Shown: positions 55,508-64,000 of the stretch, piece by piece
Numbering within the stretch: the stretch's first letter is position 1
Layout of the letters: every line of letters begins with the position of its first letter
Assembly: GCA_934793215.1 (NCBI GenBank)
Contig: CAKVOP010000003.1
Coordinates: 3,455 to 67,454, forward strand
Length of the DNA: 64,000 bases
From: an uncultured Clostridia bacterium
GTDB taxonomy: Bacteria > Bacillota > Clostridia > Christensenellales > UBA1242
Direction: 5' to 3'
Made by a program: the position numbers and the translations under genes
The notes under the pieces: generated by a model
Told to the model about the DNA's origin: nothing
What the model saw: the letters and a program-made list of their open reading frames with translations, nothing else
Database searches by the model: none

Positions 55508-58237
55508 ATGATTTCATTATTATCTAGTGCAGAAGAATCTATCAAAGCATTTTTGGTTGACCTCACTTCCGCCCTTGGATTTTGGGGAGTTCTAGGCATT
55601 GTTGCTGGAGTTGAACTTTTGTTCATAGCGTTTTTTGCAATTAAATCTGCATTCTCTTATGAGGCAAGATTGAGAAGATGTTTAGACAAATTAAATACTT
55701 GGCTTTTTAGAGTTAGAACAATAAACGAGGGGAATATAAAAAGATTTAATGCCCTTGTCAAAACAGGGCCAAAACGCCTTGTATATTATTGGCAACAATT
55801 TATTCTATACAGAGATGGTGGGCCAAAAGAATATTTGACCGAAGAAAACTTAATTAAAAAACCTCTTCAAACAAGCAGTTGGGCAAACAATGTTAAAAAC
55901 CTTTCAATCCTTACTTATGTTTGGGCATTTTTTGGTGCTGTTGTTGGCTTTGCTGTTCAAGCCGCAACTTCTACGCTTACAGTTCAAACTGTTGCATTTT
56001 CGTTACTATTCCCAGCACTTGTTTTGCTTTTGGGAGTAACAGCAGTCCTTGTTATAAGAGGAACTAGAGCGGCAAATCTTGATGAAATTTATCACCTTCA
56101 TCACCTCTTTATTAGATTTATTCAAAATGCTTGTGCAGAACTCCCACCTTACATAGATTTCAATCTTCTCTTTACGCCTAAAGAAATTGAAAAAGGAAAT
56201 GCTCACCTTCGTGAATACTATGAGGAAAGAGCACGCCAAGCAAAGAAAGAGTTTGACGAAGCAAGAGCAAACGATGTCAAATACGTCGAATATAATTTTG
56301 AAAATGTTGGCGTAGATGGCACCCTTCTTCTTAACAGAGCGATGAGAGAAAGTGAAAAATTTATCAATAAAAAGACAAAAATTCTTTCTCAAATTGCACA
56401 AGTAGAAACTCAAAAAGACACACTTCGTAGAAACTATGAAAATATTCAAATAGACCTTCAAAGAAAAATTCAAGTTTCAAAGGAAAATATAAAATCTCTC
56501 ATTGAGAAACAAGCGGCAACAACAAGTAGAATTGAGGCACAACTTTTAAAGCAACAACAAGATAAAGAAATCGCCAAACAAGCAGACTTCCAAAAGGATT
56601 ATGACCAAGAAGAAGGTAGATACAACGATTCGAAAGCGGAACTAGACAAAGAAGTTGAAAGACTTAACGCCGAGCTTGCAAAGAGCATGGAAGATGCCAC
56701 AAGCGGAATGAGTAGCGAGTATCAAACATTCTTTGAAAAAGTTATGCAAAATGCCTATGTATTTGCTGATAAAAAAGTGGCAGACGAAAAACAAGCACTT
56801 ATTGGCGAAAAAGATAAGTGCGAAGACGAACTTGTTGCGGTTCAAACTCAAATTAAACACCTTCTTGATGAAAATGGTATTTTGAGAAGTAGACTTGCGT
56901 CTTATGATCCAAAATATAAACAAAAAATAAAACTGAAAGAGGGAAAGTATGTAGACGGCGTATTTGTAGATAAAGATGGTGCTTATCATGACGAGAATGG
57001 CTTTTTCCATGATAAAAACGGACATGTCTATAACTCATTAGGCGAACTTATTTCTCACGACGAAAGTCCAGAAGAGGTCGAAGCAAGACTACAAAAAGAA
57101 CTTGAAGAAAAACAAGTAGAACAATTTGGAATGTTTGTTGAGGAAAATCCAGAAGAAGTCAAAGAAGAGAAAAAAGAGGAAAATGTTGAAACAGCTCAAT
57201 CTCCTAAAGAGGCTGTAAGCGAAGTTCTCAATGACAACGATGCATCTTCACAAGAGACTAAAACATCTGTTGAAAATAATGTGATGCAAGAACAAATTCC
57301 TGATAATGCAACTGTTGAAAGTATGGATTTTGATGAACTCTTTGGGCCTTCAACTCAAACTCAATCGCAAGATGTGCAAGGCGAAAATGCTCCTCTTGCA
57401 ACAGAAGAGACGCCAGACGAAGAGATTAAGACAGAAAGTGTAGTTGAAAATAAGGTTGAAGAAAAGCCAGAAGCAAGTACAATGTTTGGCTTTGATGACC
57501 TTTTTGCAGAGCAAGAAGAGCAAGCAGAAAACAACGCACCTGACACAGAAGATCAAACTGTTGTGGCTCAAGAAGAAACTCAAACAAAAGATAGCGAAGA
57601 TCTTAATAAGCCAGCCAAGAAGCGTGGACGTCCAAGAAAAGAAGTTAAAGAAGAAACTATACCACAAGAGAAAAAGAAACGCGGTCGTCCTAGAAAGGCC
57701 GAAGCACCAGTCGTAGCACCAGCGAAGAAGCGTGGTCGTCCTAGAAAAACTGATGCAACTCCTGTCGAGACAGAGGAAAAACCAAAGTCTTCAGCAAAGA
57801 AAACGGCTAAAAAGGTTTCACCTGTTAAGAAAACTGCAACTGACGGTGCTGACAAAAAGAAACCAAGAAGAAAAAGCGTGGTTAAAGCACCAAAAACAGA
57901 GGACTCTGCACCAGCCAAGAAGCGTGGACGCCCAAGAAAAAGTGATGCTTCTGCAAAAGAAATAGATTCTCTTGCTAGAATTAATCAACTTATCCACGAG
58001 GAAGAGGCAAAACTCAAAAACATGAAATCAATTATTAGTGACCAACTTGATGAAGCCATAGAAAAAGCAACATTAAGTAAAATTGAGGAAGAAAGGGCAG
58101 ACATTTTAAGACAAGTCGAAGACCTTCAAGCACAAGCAATCAATGCTCAACACGAAGGCAAAGTCGAAGAGTTCTCTTCAATCAATAGTCAAATTGAGAC
58201 GCTCATTAATCGTCTTGCAGAACTTAATAAAAGATAG
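55508..58237 (+). CDS. membrane-anchored coiled-coil protein with four AT-hook motifs
   Basis: 909 aa with an AAGGAG RBS. Three hydrophobic segments lie in the first 190 aa. A long heptad-rich region and an acidic low-complexity region follow, then 4x KKRGRPRK (nt 57611-57940) and a terminal coiled coil. Confidence 0.8.
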   Translation: MISLLSSAEESIKAFLVDLTSALGFWGVLGIVAGVELLFIAFFAIKSAFSYEARLRRCLDKLNTWLFRVRTINEGNIKRFNALVKTGPKRLVYYWQQFILYRDGGPKEYLTEENLIKKPLQTSSWANNVKNLSILTYVWAFFGAVVGFAVQAATSTLTVQTVAFSLLFPALVLLLGVTAVLVIRGTRAANLDEIYHLHHLFIRFIQNACAELPPYIDFNLLFTPKEIEKGNAHLREYYEERARQAKKEFDEARANDVKYVEYNFENVGVDGTLLLNRAMRESEKFINKKTKILSQIAQVETQKDTLRRNYENIQIDLQRKIQVSKENIKSLIEKQAATTSRIEAQLLKQQQDKEIAKQADFQKDYDQEEGRYNDSKAELDKEVERLNAELAKSMEDATSGMSSEYQTFFEKVMQNAYVFADKKVADEKQALIGEKDKCEDELVAVQTQIKHLLDENGILRSRLASYDPKYKQKIKLKEGKYVDGVFVDKDGAYHDENGFFHDKNGHVYNSLGELISHDESPEEVEARLQKELEEKQVEQFGMFVEENPEEVKEEKKEENVETAQSPKEAVSEVLNDNDASSQETKTSVENNVMQEQIPDNATVESMDFDELFGPSTQTQSQDVQGENAPLATEETPDEEIKTESVVENKVEEKPEASTMFGFDDLFAEQEEQAENNAPDTEDQTVVAQEETQTKDSEDLNKPAKKRGRPRKEVKEETIPQEKKKRGRPRKAEAPVVAPAKKRGRPRKTDATPVETEEKPKSSAKKTAKKVSPVKKTATDGADKKKPRRKSVVKAPKTEDSAPAKKRGRPRKSDASAKEIDSLARINQLIHEEEAKLKNMKSIISDQLDEAIEKATLSKIEEERADILRQVEDLQAQAINAQHEGKVEEFSSINSQIETLINRLAELNKR

Positions 58238-58290
58238 TAAGAAACTCTTGCATGCTTAAATTTATTGTTGTCAGCAAGGTTTCTAGCGTA

Positions 58291-58350
58291 AAAAATCTCA
58301 ACCAGCGTTAGAGGTAAAATCAATTCTAACCTTATGGTTGGGATTTTTTG
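58291..58350 (+). terminator. structured terminator after the AT-hook gene
   Basis: Outer stem ATCTCAACCA/TGGTTGGGAT encloses an inner GTTAGA/TCTAAC hairpin, followed by a T6 run. Confidence 0.55.
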
Positions 58351-58646
58351 TTAAAGAAGTCCATACTTTAACAGAAATCTCACAAAAACGCTTCTCATTA
58401 AGTTGCTGTTTTCCAGTTCTAGATTGTTAGGCATGGTCGAAAGAAGGTCGAATAAACAATGTAAAACATATTTTTTAGATTGGGCATTTTGCGAATGCCT
58501 CTTTAAGATATTTTTAAATTATTATTTTAGTAGACCTTTGATAAGCAAAAACTTATCTTATACAAACAGGCGGTTGAAAATGGTTGCGTTAAATAATTGC
58601 ATTATTATATAATATTTGATATCATTAATATGTAAAGGAGATTGAC

Positions 58647-60905
58647 ATGAACAAAAGAAAAAGTGTTGCTTTACCTGCTTGGCATAATTTTAAAAGGGGC
58701 TTATGGCAAGAAGAAATAAATGTATCAAACTTTATCGACGCAAACTATACCGAATACAAAGGGAACGACGCTTTTCTTTGTGGTGTAAGCAAAAAGACCT
58801 CCAAAGTTTGGAGTAGATGTGAAAAGTTACTTTCCAAAGAACGTAAAAAGCGTTTATTAGATGTTGACTTGACTCGCGTTTCAGGCATAAACAATTTCCC
58901 CGCCGGGTATATTGATAAAAGAAATGAGGTTATTGTAGGGCTTCAAACAGACAAGCCTTTAAAACGCATAGTTAATCCTTTTGGTGGTATAAGAATGGCA
59001 GAGCAAGCACTTGCTCAATATGGCAAAAAAATGGACGTCCGTATGCAAGAAATTTTTGATAGTGGAATAAGGAAAACGCATAATGATGGTGTGTTTGATT
59101 GTTACACACAAGAAATACGACTTGCTCGCAGAAATGGGCTTATTACTGGCTTGCCAGACGCCTATGGCAGAGGAAGAATAATAGGTGACTATCGAAGGGT
59201 GGCTCTCTATGGAGCAGACAAGCTTATAAGTGAGAAGAAAAAAGATTTGCTTGCCATTGAAATATCAGGCGAAGAGTCAATGAGATTAAGAGAAGAGGTT
59301 AGCGAACAAATCCGTGCTCTAGAAAAAATGAAAGATATGGCTAAAAGTTACGGGTTTGACATTTCGCGTCCTGCGGTTAATGCCAAAGAAGCTTTCCAGT
59401 GGACATATTTTGGATATCTTTCGGCAGTCAAAGAAAATAATGGTGCGGCAATGAGCTTGGGGCGTGTTAGTACTTTCCTTGATATCTACATAACCAGAGA
59501 CCTTAAAGAAGAAATTTTGACGGAAGAAGAGGCGCAAGAACTTGTTGACCAATTTACAATAAAACTACGCCTCGTTAGGCATTTACGAACGCCTGATTAC
59601 GATGAGATTTTTGCCGGAGATCCAACTTGGGTGACAGAAAGCATAGGGGGCATGCTTGATGAAAATCACAGCCTCGTGACCAAGAATTCTTTTAGATTTC
59701 TGCATAGTCTTATTAATTTAAATTCAAGCCCAGAGCCAAACCTTACTATACTTTGGTCAAACTCTCTTCCTAAAAACTTCAAAGATTATGCGGCCAAAAT
59801 TTCAATTTTAACCGATTCAATTCAATATGAGAGCGACGATGCAATGCGACCAATATATGGGCATGATTATGCGATCGCTTGCTGTGTTTCGGCCATGCAG
59901 ATAGGAAAACAAATGCAATTCTTTGGTGCGAGATGCAATCTTGCAAAGAGTCTTCTATATGCAATAAATGGTGGTATAGACGAATTAAAAGGTGAAAAGG
60001 TGGTAGACGGTTTAGAGCCTGACCAAGATGAAATTTTGTCTTACGATAAAGTCAAAAAAGAATATTTCGCGATGCTTGATAAGGTTGCGAAGACTTATGT
60101 TGATGCGATGAATATTATCCACTTTATGCACGATAAGTACGCATACGAGGCTGGGCAAATGGCACTGCATGACACTTTTGTGGAAAGACTTATGGCGTTT
60201 GGGGTCGCCGGGCTCTCTGTTGCGACAGATTCTCTTTCGGCGATTAAGTATGCTCAAGTAAAACCAATTCGTAAAATGGTTGAACAAAATTATGTCGCAC
60301 AAGACTTTGAGATTGAAGGAGACTATCCTAAATTCGGCAATGATGACGACCGTGTTGACAAAATAGCGGTCGAAATTTTAAAACACTTTATAAAAGCATT
60401 GAAATCGCACCCACTTTATAGAGGGGCAAAACATACTCTTTCTGTTTTGACAATAACATCTAATGTTATGTATGGCAAAAAGACAGGCTCAACTCCTGAC
60501 GGCAGAAAAAGGGGAGAACCTTTTGCGCCGGGGGCAAACCCAATGCATGGACGCGATGTTTCGGGTGCGTTATGTTCGCTTAACAGCGTGGCAAAAATTC
60601 CATATGAGGGTTGCTGTCAAGACGGAATTTCAAACACGTTCTCAATCGTGCCCAAAGCACTAGGTAAAGATGAAAAGTCAAGAATTAAAAATCTCGTTTC
60701 TATACTGGACGGATATTTCATTCAAGGAGCTCAACACATTAATGTAAATGTTCTTGATAGAGAAAAACTCATAGACGCGATGAATAATCCTGAAAAATAT
60801 CCAACATTGACAATAAGAGTGTCTGGATATGCCGTAAATTTCGTTAAACTTTCAAAAGCCCATCAACTTGAAGTTATTGCTAGAACTTTCCATGAAAAAA
60901 TTTAG
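58647..60905 (+). CDS. pflB: formate C-acetyltransferase (pyruvate formate-lyase)
   Basis: 752 aa with the glycyl-radical motif [11 protein letters not shown] and the active-site CC (IACCVSAM). Confidence 0.96.
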   Translation: MNKRKSVALPAWHNFKRGLWQEEINVSNFIDANYTEYKGNDAFLCGVSKKTSKVWSRCEKLLSKERKKRLLDVDLTRVSGINNFPAGYIDKRNEVIVGLQTDKPLKRIVNPFGGIRMAEQALAQYGKKMDVRMQEIFDSGIRKTHNDGVFDCYTQEIRLARRNGLITGLPDAYGRGRIIGDYRRVALYGADKLISEKKKDLLAIEISGEESMRLREEVSEQIRALEKMKDMAKSYGFDISRPAVNAKEAFQWTYFGYLSAVKENNGAAMSLGRVSTFLDIYITRDLKEEILTEEEAQELVDQFTIKLRLVRHLRTPDYDEIFAGDPTWVTESIGGMLDENHSLVTKNSFRFLHSLINLNSSPEPNLTILWSNSLPKNFKDYAAKISILTDSIQYESDDAMRPIYGHDYAIACCVSAMQIGKQMQFFGARCNLAKSLLYAINGGIDELKGEKVVDGLEPDQDEILSYDKVKKEYFAMLDKVAKTYVDAMNIIHFMHDKYAYEAGQMALHDTFVERLMAFGVAGLSVATDSLSAIKYAQVKPIRKMVEQNYVAQDFEIEGDYPKFGNDDDRVDKIAVEILKHFIKALKSHPLYRGAKHTLSVLTITSNVMYGKKTGSTPDGRKRGEPFAPGANPMHGRDVSGALCSLNSVAKIPYEGCCQDGISNTFSIVPKALGKDEKSRIKNLVSILDGYFIQGAQHINVNVLDREKLIDAMNNPEKYPTLTIRVSGYAVNFVKLSKAHQLEVIARTFHEKI

Positions 60906-60912
60906 GTGAAAC

Positions 60913-61638
60913 ATGCAAAGTAAGATTTATGGTTATTTAAGTAGCGAAGAAAGTTTGGGCACAGTAGACGGGCCAGGGGTTAGGTATGTTATTTTTATGC
61001 AAGGTTGCTCATTGAGGTGTTTGTATTGCCATAATCCTGAAACATGGGCAATGAACGGCGGATATAAAGTTACGCCAAAAGAAATTATAACTAAAATTGA
61101 ACGATATAAACCCTATTTTGGCAAAGACGGAGGGGTTACATTCTCTGGCGGTGAACCACTTTTACAGAGTGAATTTTTGCTTGAATGCCTAAAATTATGT
61201 AAAGAAAAAAATATCCACACAACCCTTGATACTTCTGGCGTTGGCGAGGGCAATTATGAGAAAATATTGCAGTGGGTAGACCTTGTGATTCTCGACGTAA
61301 AAGCGGTAGACGAAGAAGAATATCGCACTATAACTGGCAGAGACATGTCGAATTTTAATAACTTTTTAGAAACATGTCAAAAACTGGGTAATAAGTTATG
61401 GATAAGACAAGTTGTTGTTCCAAACTTAAATGATGATGAAAAACACATGTGTAAACTTGCAAAATTTTTAAAGAATGTTAAGAATATAGAGAAAATTGAA
61501 CTTTTGCCATATAAAACTCTCGGGGAAAGCAAATACAAAACTCTTGGCATTAATTATCGTTTGGCTGGAACTCCCGAAATGGACGAGGTCAAATGTAACG
61601 AACTTGAAAAGCAACTCAAATTATTGATGGGGGAATGA
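60913..61638 (+). CDS. pflA: pyruvate formate-lyase activating enzyme (radical SAM)
   Basis: Contains GPGVRYVIFMQGCSLRCLYCHNPE (CxxxCxxC) and GGVTFSGGEPLLQ. Confidence 0.95.
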   Translation: MQSKIYGYLSSEESLGTVDGPGVRYVIFMQGCSLRCLYCHNPETWAMNGGYKVTPKEIITKIERYKPYFGKDGGVTFSGGEPLLQSEFLLECLKLCKEKNIHTTLDTSGVGEGNYEKILQWVDLVILDVKAVDEEEYRTITGRDMSNFNNFLETCQKLGNKLWIRQVVVPNLNDDEKHMCKLAKFLKNVKNIEKIELLPYKTLGESKYKTLGINYRLAGTPEMDEVKCNELEKQLKLLMGE

Positions 61639-61711
61639 AAAACGGGAAATTAATTGTTGCAAGGCTTGTGTTTATTTGACAAATGACAATTGTTTTGATA
61701 GTATACAAGTG

Positions 61712-62494
61712 ATGACAGTTTTTTTAAAAGAATTGGAGATAAAAAATGTGGATAATGAAAAAACTTATCCATATTCTTTATCATTATTTGTTAATGGACT
61801 AAAAATAGTTTTTAATAAACCGATTACTTTTATTGTTGGTGAAAACGGAACGGGGAAAAGCACCTTATTGGAGTCACTAGCAAAAACGATAGGGTTTAAC
61901 ACATTGGGGGGAAATAGAAATCATAATTTCAGGAATCTTTCTGCTGATAACTTTGATTTGTCGAAAAACATGAAGTTATCTTGGAGTTTTATACAGAATA
62001 GAGGATTCTTTTTTAGGGCGGAAACTTTTTTCGAGTTTGCAAACAATTTGGATTTACTTAATGATAAAAGCGTGCTTTCGGCTTATGGAGGGAAAAGCCT
62101 TCAACAGCAGTCTCATGGAGAATCTTTTATGTCATTTTTTGAAAACAAAGTAAAAGAAGGGTTGTTTATTTTAGACGAGCCAGAGGCAGCATTATCGCCA
62201 GAAAAACAATTATCTTTAATTTCAATTTTAAATAAGCTTGCAAAAACGGGGAAATGTCAGTTTATTATAGCCACGCATTCACCATTTTTAATAAGCACTC
62301 CAAACGCGGAATTGCTTGAAATAGAAAACGGAAAATTAATTAAAAAGTCCTATGCGGTAACGCTGGCGTCAGTGACAGGTGCATGGATTAAAGACGGAGA
62401 TATATATCCTTATGGATATGGTGGAGTGAACGGATATAATCATATGCATAATGCATCAAGAAGCCTACATATTTGGTATGGGGATAAACTATGA
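61712..62494 (+). CDS. small ABC/SMC-like P-loop ATPase (COG3910-like) with an atypical Gly/Tyr-rich C-terminal tail
   Basis: Contains Walker A GENGTGKST, signature-like QQQSHGESF, Walker B LFILDEPEAALS and H-loop IIATHSP. Its stop overlaps the next start (ATGA). Confidence 0.75.
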   Translation: MTVFLKELEIKNVDNEKTYPYSLSLFVNGLKIVFNKPITFIVGENGTGKSTLLESLAKTIGFNTLGGNRNHNFRNLSADNFDLSKNMKLSWSFIQNRGFFFRAETFFEFANNLDLLNDKSVLSAYGGKSLQQQSHGESFMSFFENKVKEGLFILDEPEAALSPEKQLSLISILNKLAKTGKCQFIIATHSPFLISTPNAELLEIENGKLIKKSYAVTLASVTGAWIKDGDIYPYGYGGVNGYNHMHNASRSLHIWYGDKL

Positions 62495-63012
62495 ATAGAA
62501 AACTTTATGACAAATTTGCAAATTATTATTTAGATAAGTTTAAAAAATATAGAGGTTTAAAGATAAAAGTTACAATACCGGTGGATGGTATTATGCATAT
62601 AGAAATAGGAACGAGTTTGCCAAGTTTTTGTTATTTCTTTGGTCTATTTAATAATATGGCGGTTTTCGATGGAATTAATGTTTGTGATGACGGAATAGAA
62701 TTTGATGATATAAATACGGTTGACCCTCAAAAGATTTATGATTTAATTGATGAGGAGTTTAAGAAAATATCTGCAATAATAGAAGGAGGTGTTTTCATGT
62801 TTTGTTATAAAGACGGACAAGAAGAAGTTGCGACCTCTACCGATGTTTTAGATAGAAATAAACTTTTAAAAAATTTGGATATACGAGAATTCTATAACAA
62901 AAACAAAGTTCGAGTTGACCCGCCATTTGAAGAGCTGGACAGAATAGAACTTAAAGATTTTTATAATAATGTAGTTTATGAATACGATGTTTCGAAGAAA
63001 GAAGACAACTAA
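62491..63012 (+). CDS. hypothetical protein, tandem paralog 1
   Basis: 173 aa. The C-terminal roughly 62 aa are almost identical to those of paralog 2, while the N-terminal part is only distantly similar. Confidence 0.65.
   Translation: MNRKLYDKFANYYLDKFKKYRGLKIKVTIPVDGIMHIEIGTSLPSFCYFFGLFNNMAVFDGINVCDDGIEFDDINTVDPQKIYDLIDEEFKKISAIIEGGVFMFCYKDGQEEVATSTDVLDRNKLLKNLDIREFYNKNKVRVDPPFEELDRIELKDFYNNVVYEYDVSKKEDN
62819..63006 (+). repeat. 188-bp near-identical direct repeat, copy 1 (3' part of paralog 1)
   Basis: By-eye alignment to 63494-63681 shows 4 mismatches in 188 bp. Confidence 0.85.
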
Positions 63013-63172
63013 ATGCTTGCCTAAGTTTACGCTACAACTGCGCAGAAAAAATGTTTTTGAATAAAATTATGTTGAAAAGAAAAAAGCTTAAATGAGATTG
63101 TGTCGAGTAAATGGTTTTATCAAATGAGTAATGCATAAAAAGACTTCCAAATTTGGTATGGGGATAAAATAT

Positions 63173-63697
63173 ATGAATAAATCAAACACTATATATGAGA
63201 AATATGGCAATTATTTTTTAAAGGACTTTCTTGTTAATAAGAATTTAAAGTTCGATATAGTAAAAAATGACGAAAAAATGTTTGCAGTTTATATTTATTC
63301 AAAGTCTGATTTTTGCATTTTTTTGCGTATCGAGAAAACAATGATTTACTTAGACGGGACTTGTTTTATTGATGAGGGAGATGAGTTTGAAGATATAACA
63401 AAGATACCAGAAAATGAAATCTACTCTTATTTAGATAAATATATAGACATCTTAAAAGTGTTTTTTGATAATTGTATTTTACTTTATGCATTTAAAGACG
63501 GACAAGAAGAAGTTGCGACCTCTACCGATGTTTTAGATAGAAATAAACTTTTAAAAAATTTAGATATACGAGAATTTTATAACAAAAACAAAGTTCGAGT
63601 TGACCCGCCATTTGAAGAACTGGACAGAATAGAACTTAGAGATTTTTATAATAATGTAGTTTATGAATACGATGTTTCGAAAAAAGGGAACAATTAG
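63173..63697 (+). CDS. hypothetical protein, tandem paralog 2
   Basis: Start taken at MNKSNTIYEKY, homologous to the paralog 1 start. The track ORF begins 42 nt earlier inside a duplicated fragment of the ATPase 3' end. Confidence 0.65.
   Translation: MNKSNTIYEKYGNYFLKDFLVNKNLKFDIVKNDEKMFAVYIYSKSDFCIFLRIEKTMIYLDGTCFIDEGDEFEDITKIPENEIYSYLDKYIDILKVFFDNCILLYAFKDGQEEVATSTDVLDRNKLLKNLDIREFYNKNKVRVDPPFEELDRIELRDFYNNVVYEYDVSKKGNN
63494..63681 (+). repeat. 188-bp near-identical direct repeat, copy 2 (3' part of paralog 2)
   Basis: See copy 1. Confidence 0.85.
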
Positions 63698-63764
63698 ACC
63701 ACTGCCTGATTTTATTTTATATTTGTGTTGAGTAAACATTACTGCACAAAATTTTGTTGAAAAA

Positions 63765-63798
63765 GAAAAAAGCCTAAACGCGATTGTTTAGGCTTTTA
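63765..63798. terminator. bidirectional terminator between paralog 2 and tRNA-Met
   Basis: AGCCTAAAC-GCGATT-GTTTAGGCT is flanked by an A-run and a T-run. Confidence 0.8.
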
Positions 63799-63875
63799 TG
63801 GTAGCAGCAACTGGGATCGAACCAGTGACCTCAAGAGTATGAATCTTGCGCTCTAGCCAGCTGAGCTATGCTGCC
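63799..63875 (-). tRNA. tRNA-Met (anticodon CAU), elongator type, CCA encoded
   Basis: The reverse complement folds as GGCAGCA TA GCTC AGCTGGCTA GAGC G CAAGA TTCATAC TCTTG AGGTC ACTGG TTCGATC CCAGT TGCTGCT A CCA (77 nt). The D-loop, T-loop and TTCATAC loop resemble Bacillota elongator tRNA-Met rather than initiator or Ile2. Confidence 0.88.
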
Positions 63876-64000
63876 ATATTTTAAAGACATAAGTGATTAT
63901 ATTAAAAAATGTCGCCATTGTCAAGAGAAATAGATAAATTTTTGGCTCTTTTGACAAATTATTAGCTTAAAAAGGGGCGAAACGCTTTGAAAAATGGTGC

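Noticed and set aside
57350-57918. Minus-strand ORFs (105, 61 and 112 aa) and the plus-strand out-of-frame ORFs 57444-57716 and 57732-57965
   Set aside because: All overlap the low-complexity acidic and AT-hook region of the 909-aa gene. Repetitive codons keep several frames open.
58400-58646. Candidate FNR/Rex/cre operators upstream of pflB (GATAAG-n6-CTTATC at about 58537-58556; TGAAAATGGTTGCG)
   Set aside because: None matches a known operator consensus well enough (cre lacks the central CG). In this AT-rich DNA such short palindromes are expected by chance.

Overview
This is a low-GC Bacillota-type chromosome segment, Clostridia-like by gene content, centred on the replication origin. 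Left of about 22 kb most genes lie on the minus strand: dnaX, tpiA, pgk, dusB, prfA, prmC, rpmE, rpsR, ssb, rpsF and recF. Right of it most genes lie on the plus strand: dnaA, dnaN, dut, rpmH, rnpA, yidD, yidC, jag, mnmE, parA, parB, addB, addA, pflB and pflA. The dnaA-dnaN spacer carries a readable oriC with DnaA boxes inside a 21-bp direct repeat, a DnaA-trio-like triplet run and about 300 bp of near-pure AT. An 808-bp gene-free spacer after parB holds three evenly spaced parS sites. Accessory content includes two large surface proteins and a tRNA-Leu followed by an integrase remnant and a P-loop kinase/ITPase-like fusion gene. It also includes an ABC-like ATPase followed by a tandemly duplicated small gene whose 3' ends are near-identical and whose 5' halves have diverged. 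The most unusual gene is a 909-aa predicted membrane protein with a long coiled coil and four canonical AT-hooks (KKRGRPRK). A second protein carries a histone-H1-like Lys/Pro/Ala tail. No CRISPR array, rRNA, intact transposon or known defence system was seen. Everything here is by-eye analysis, and hairpin and promoter coordinates are good to about +/-2 nt.
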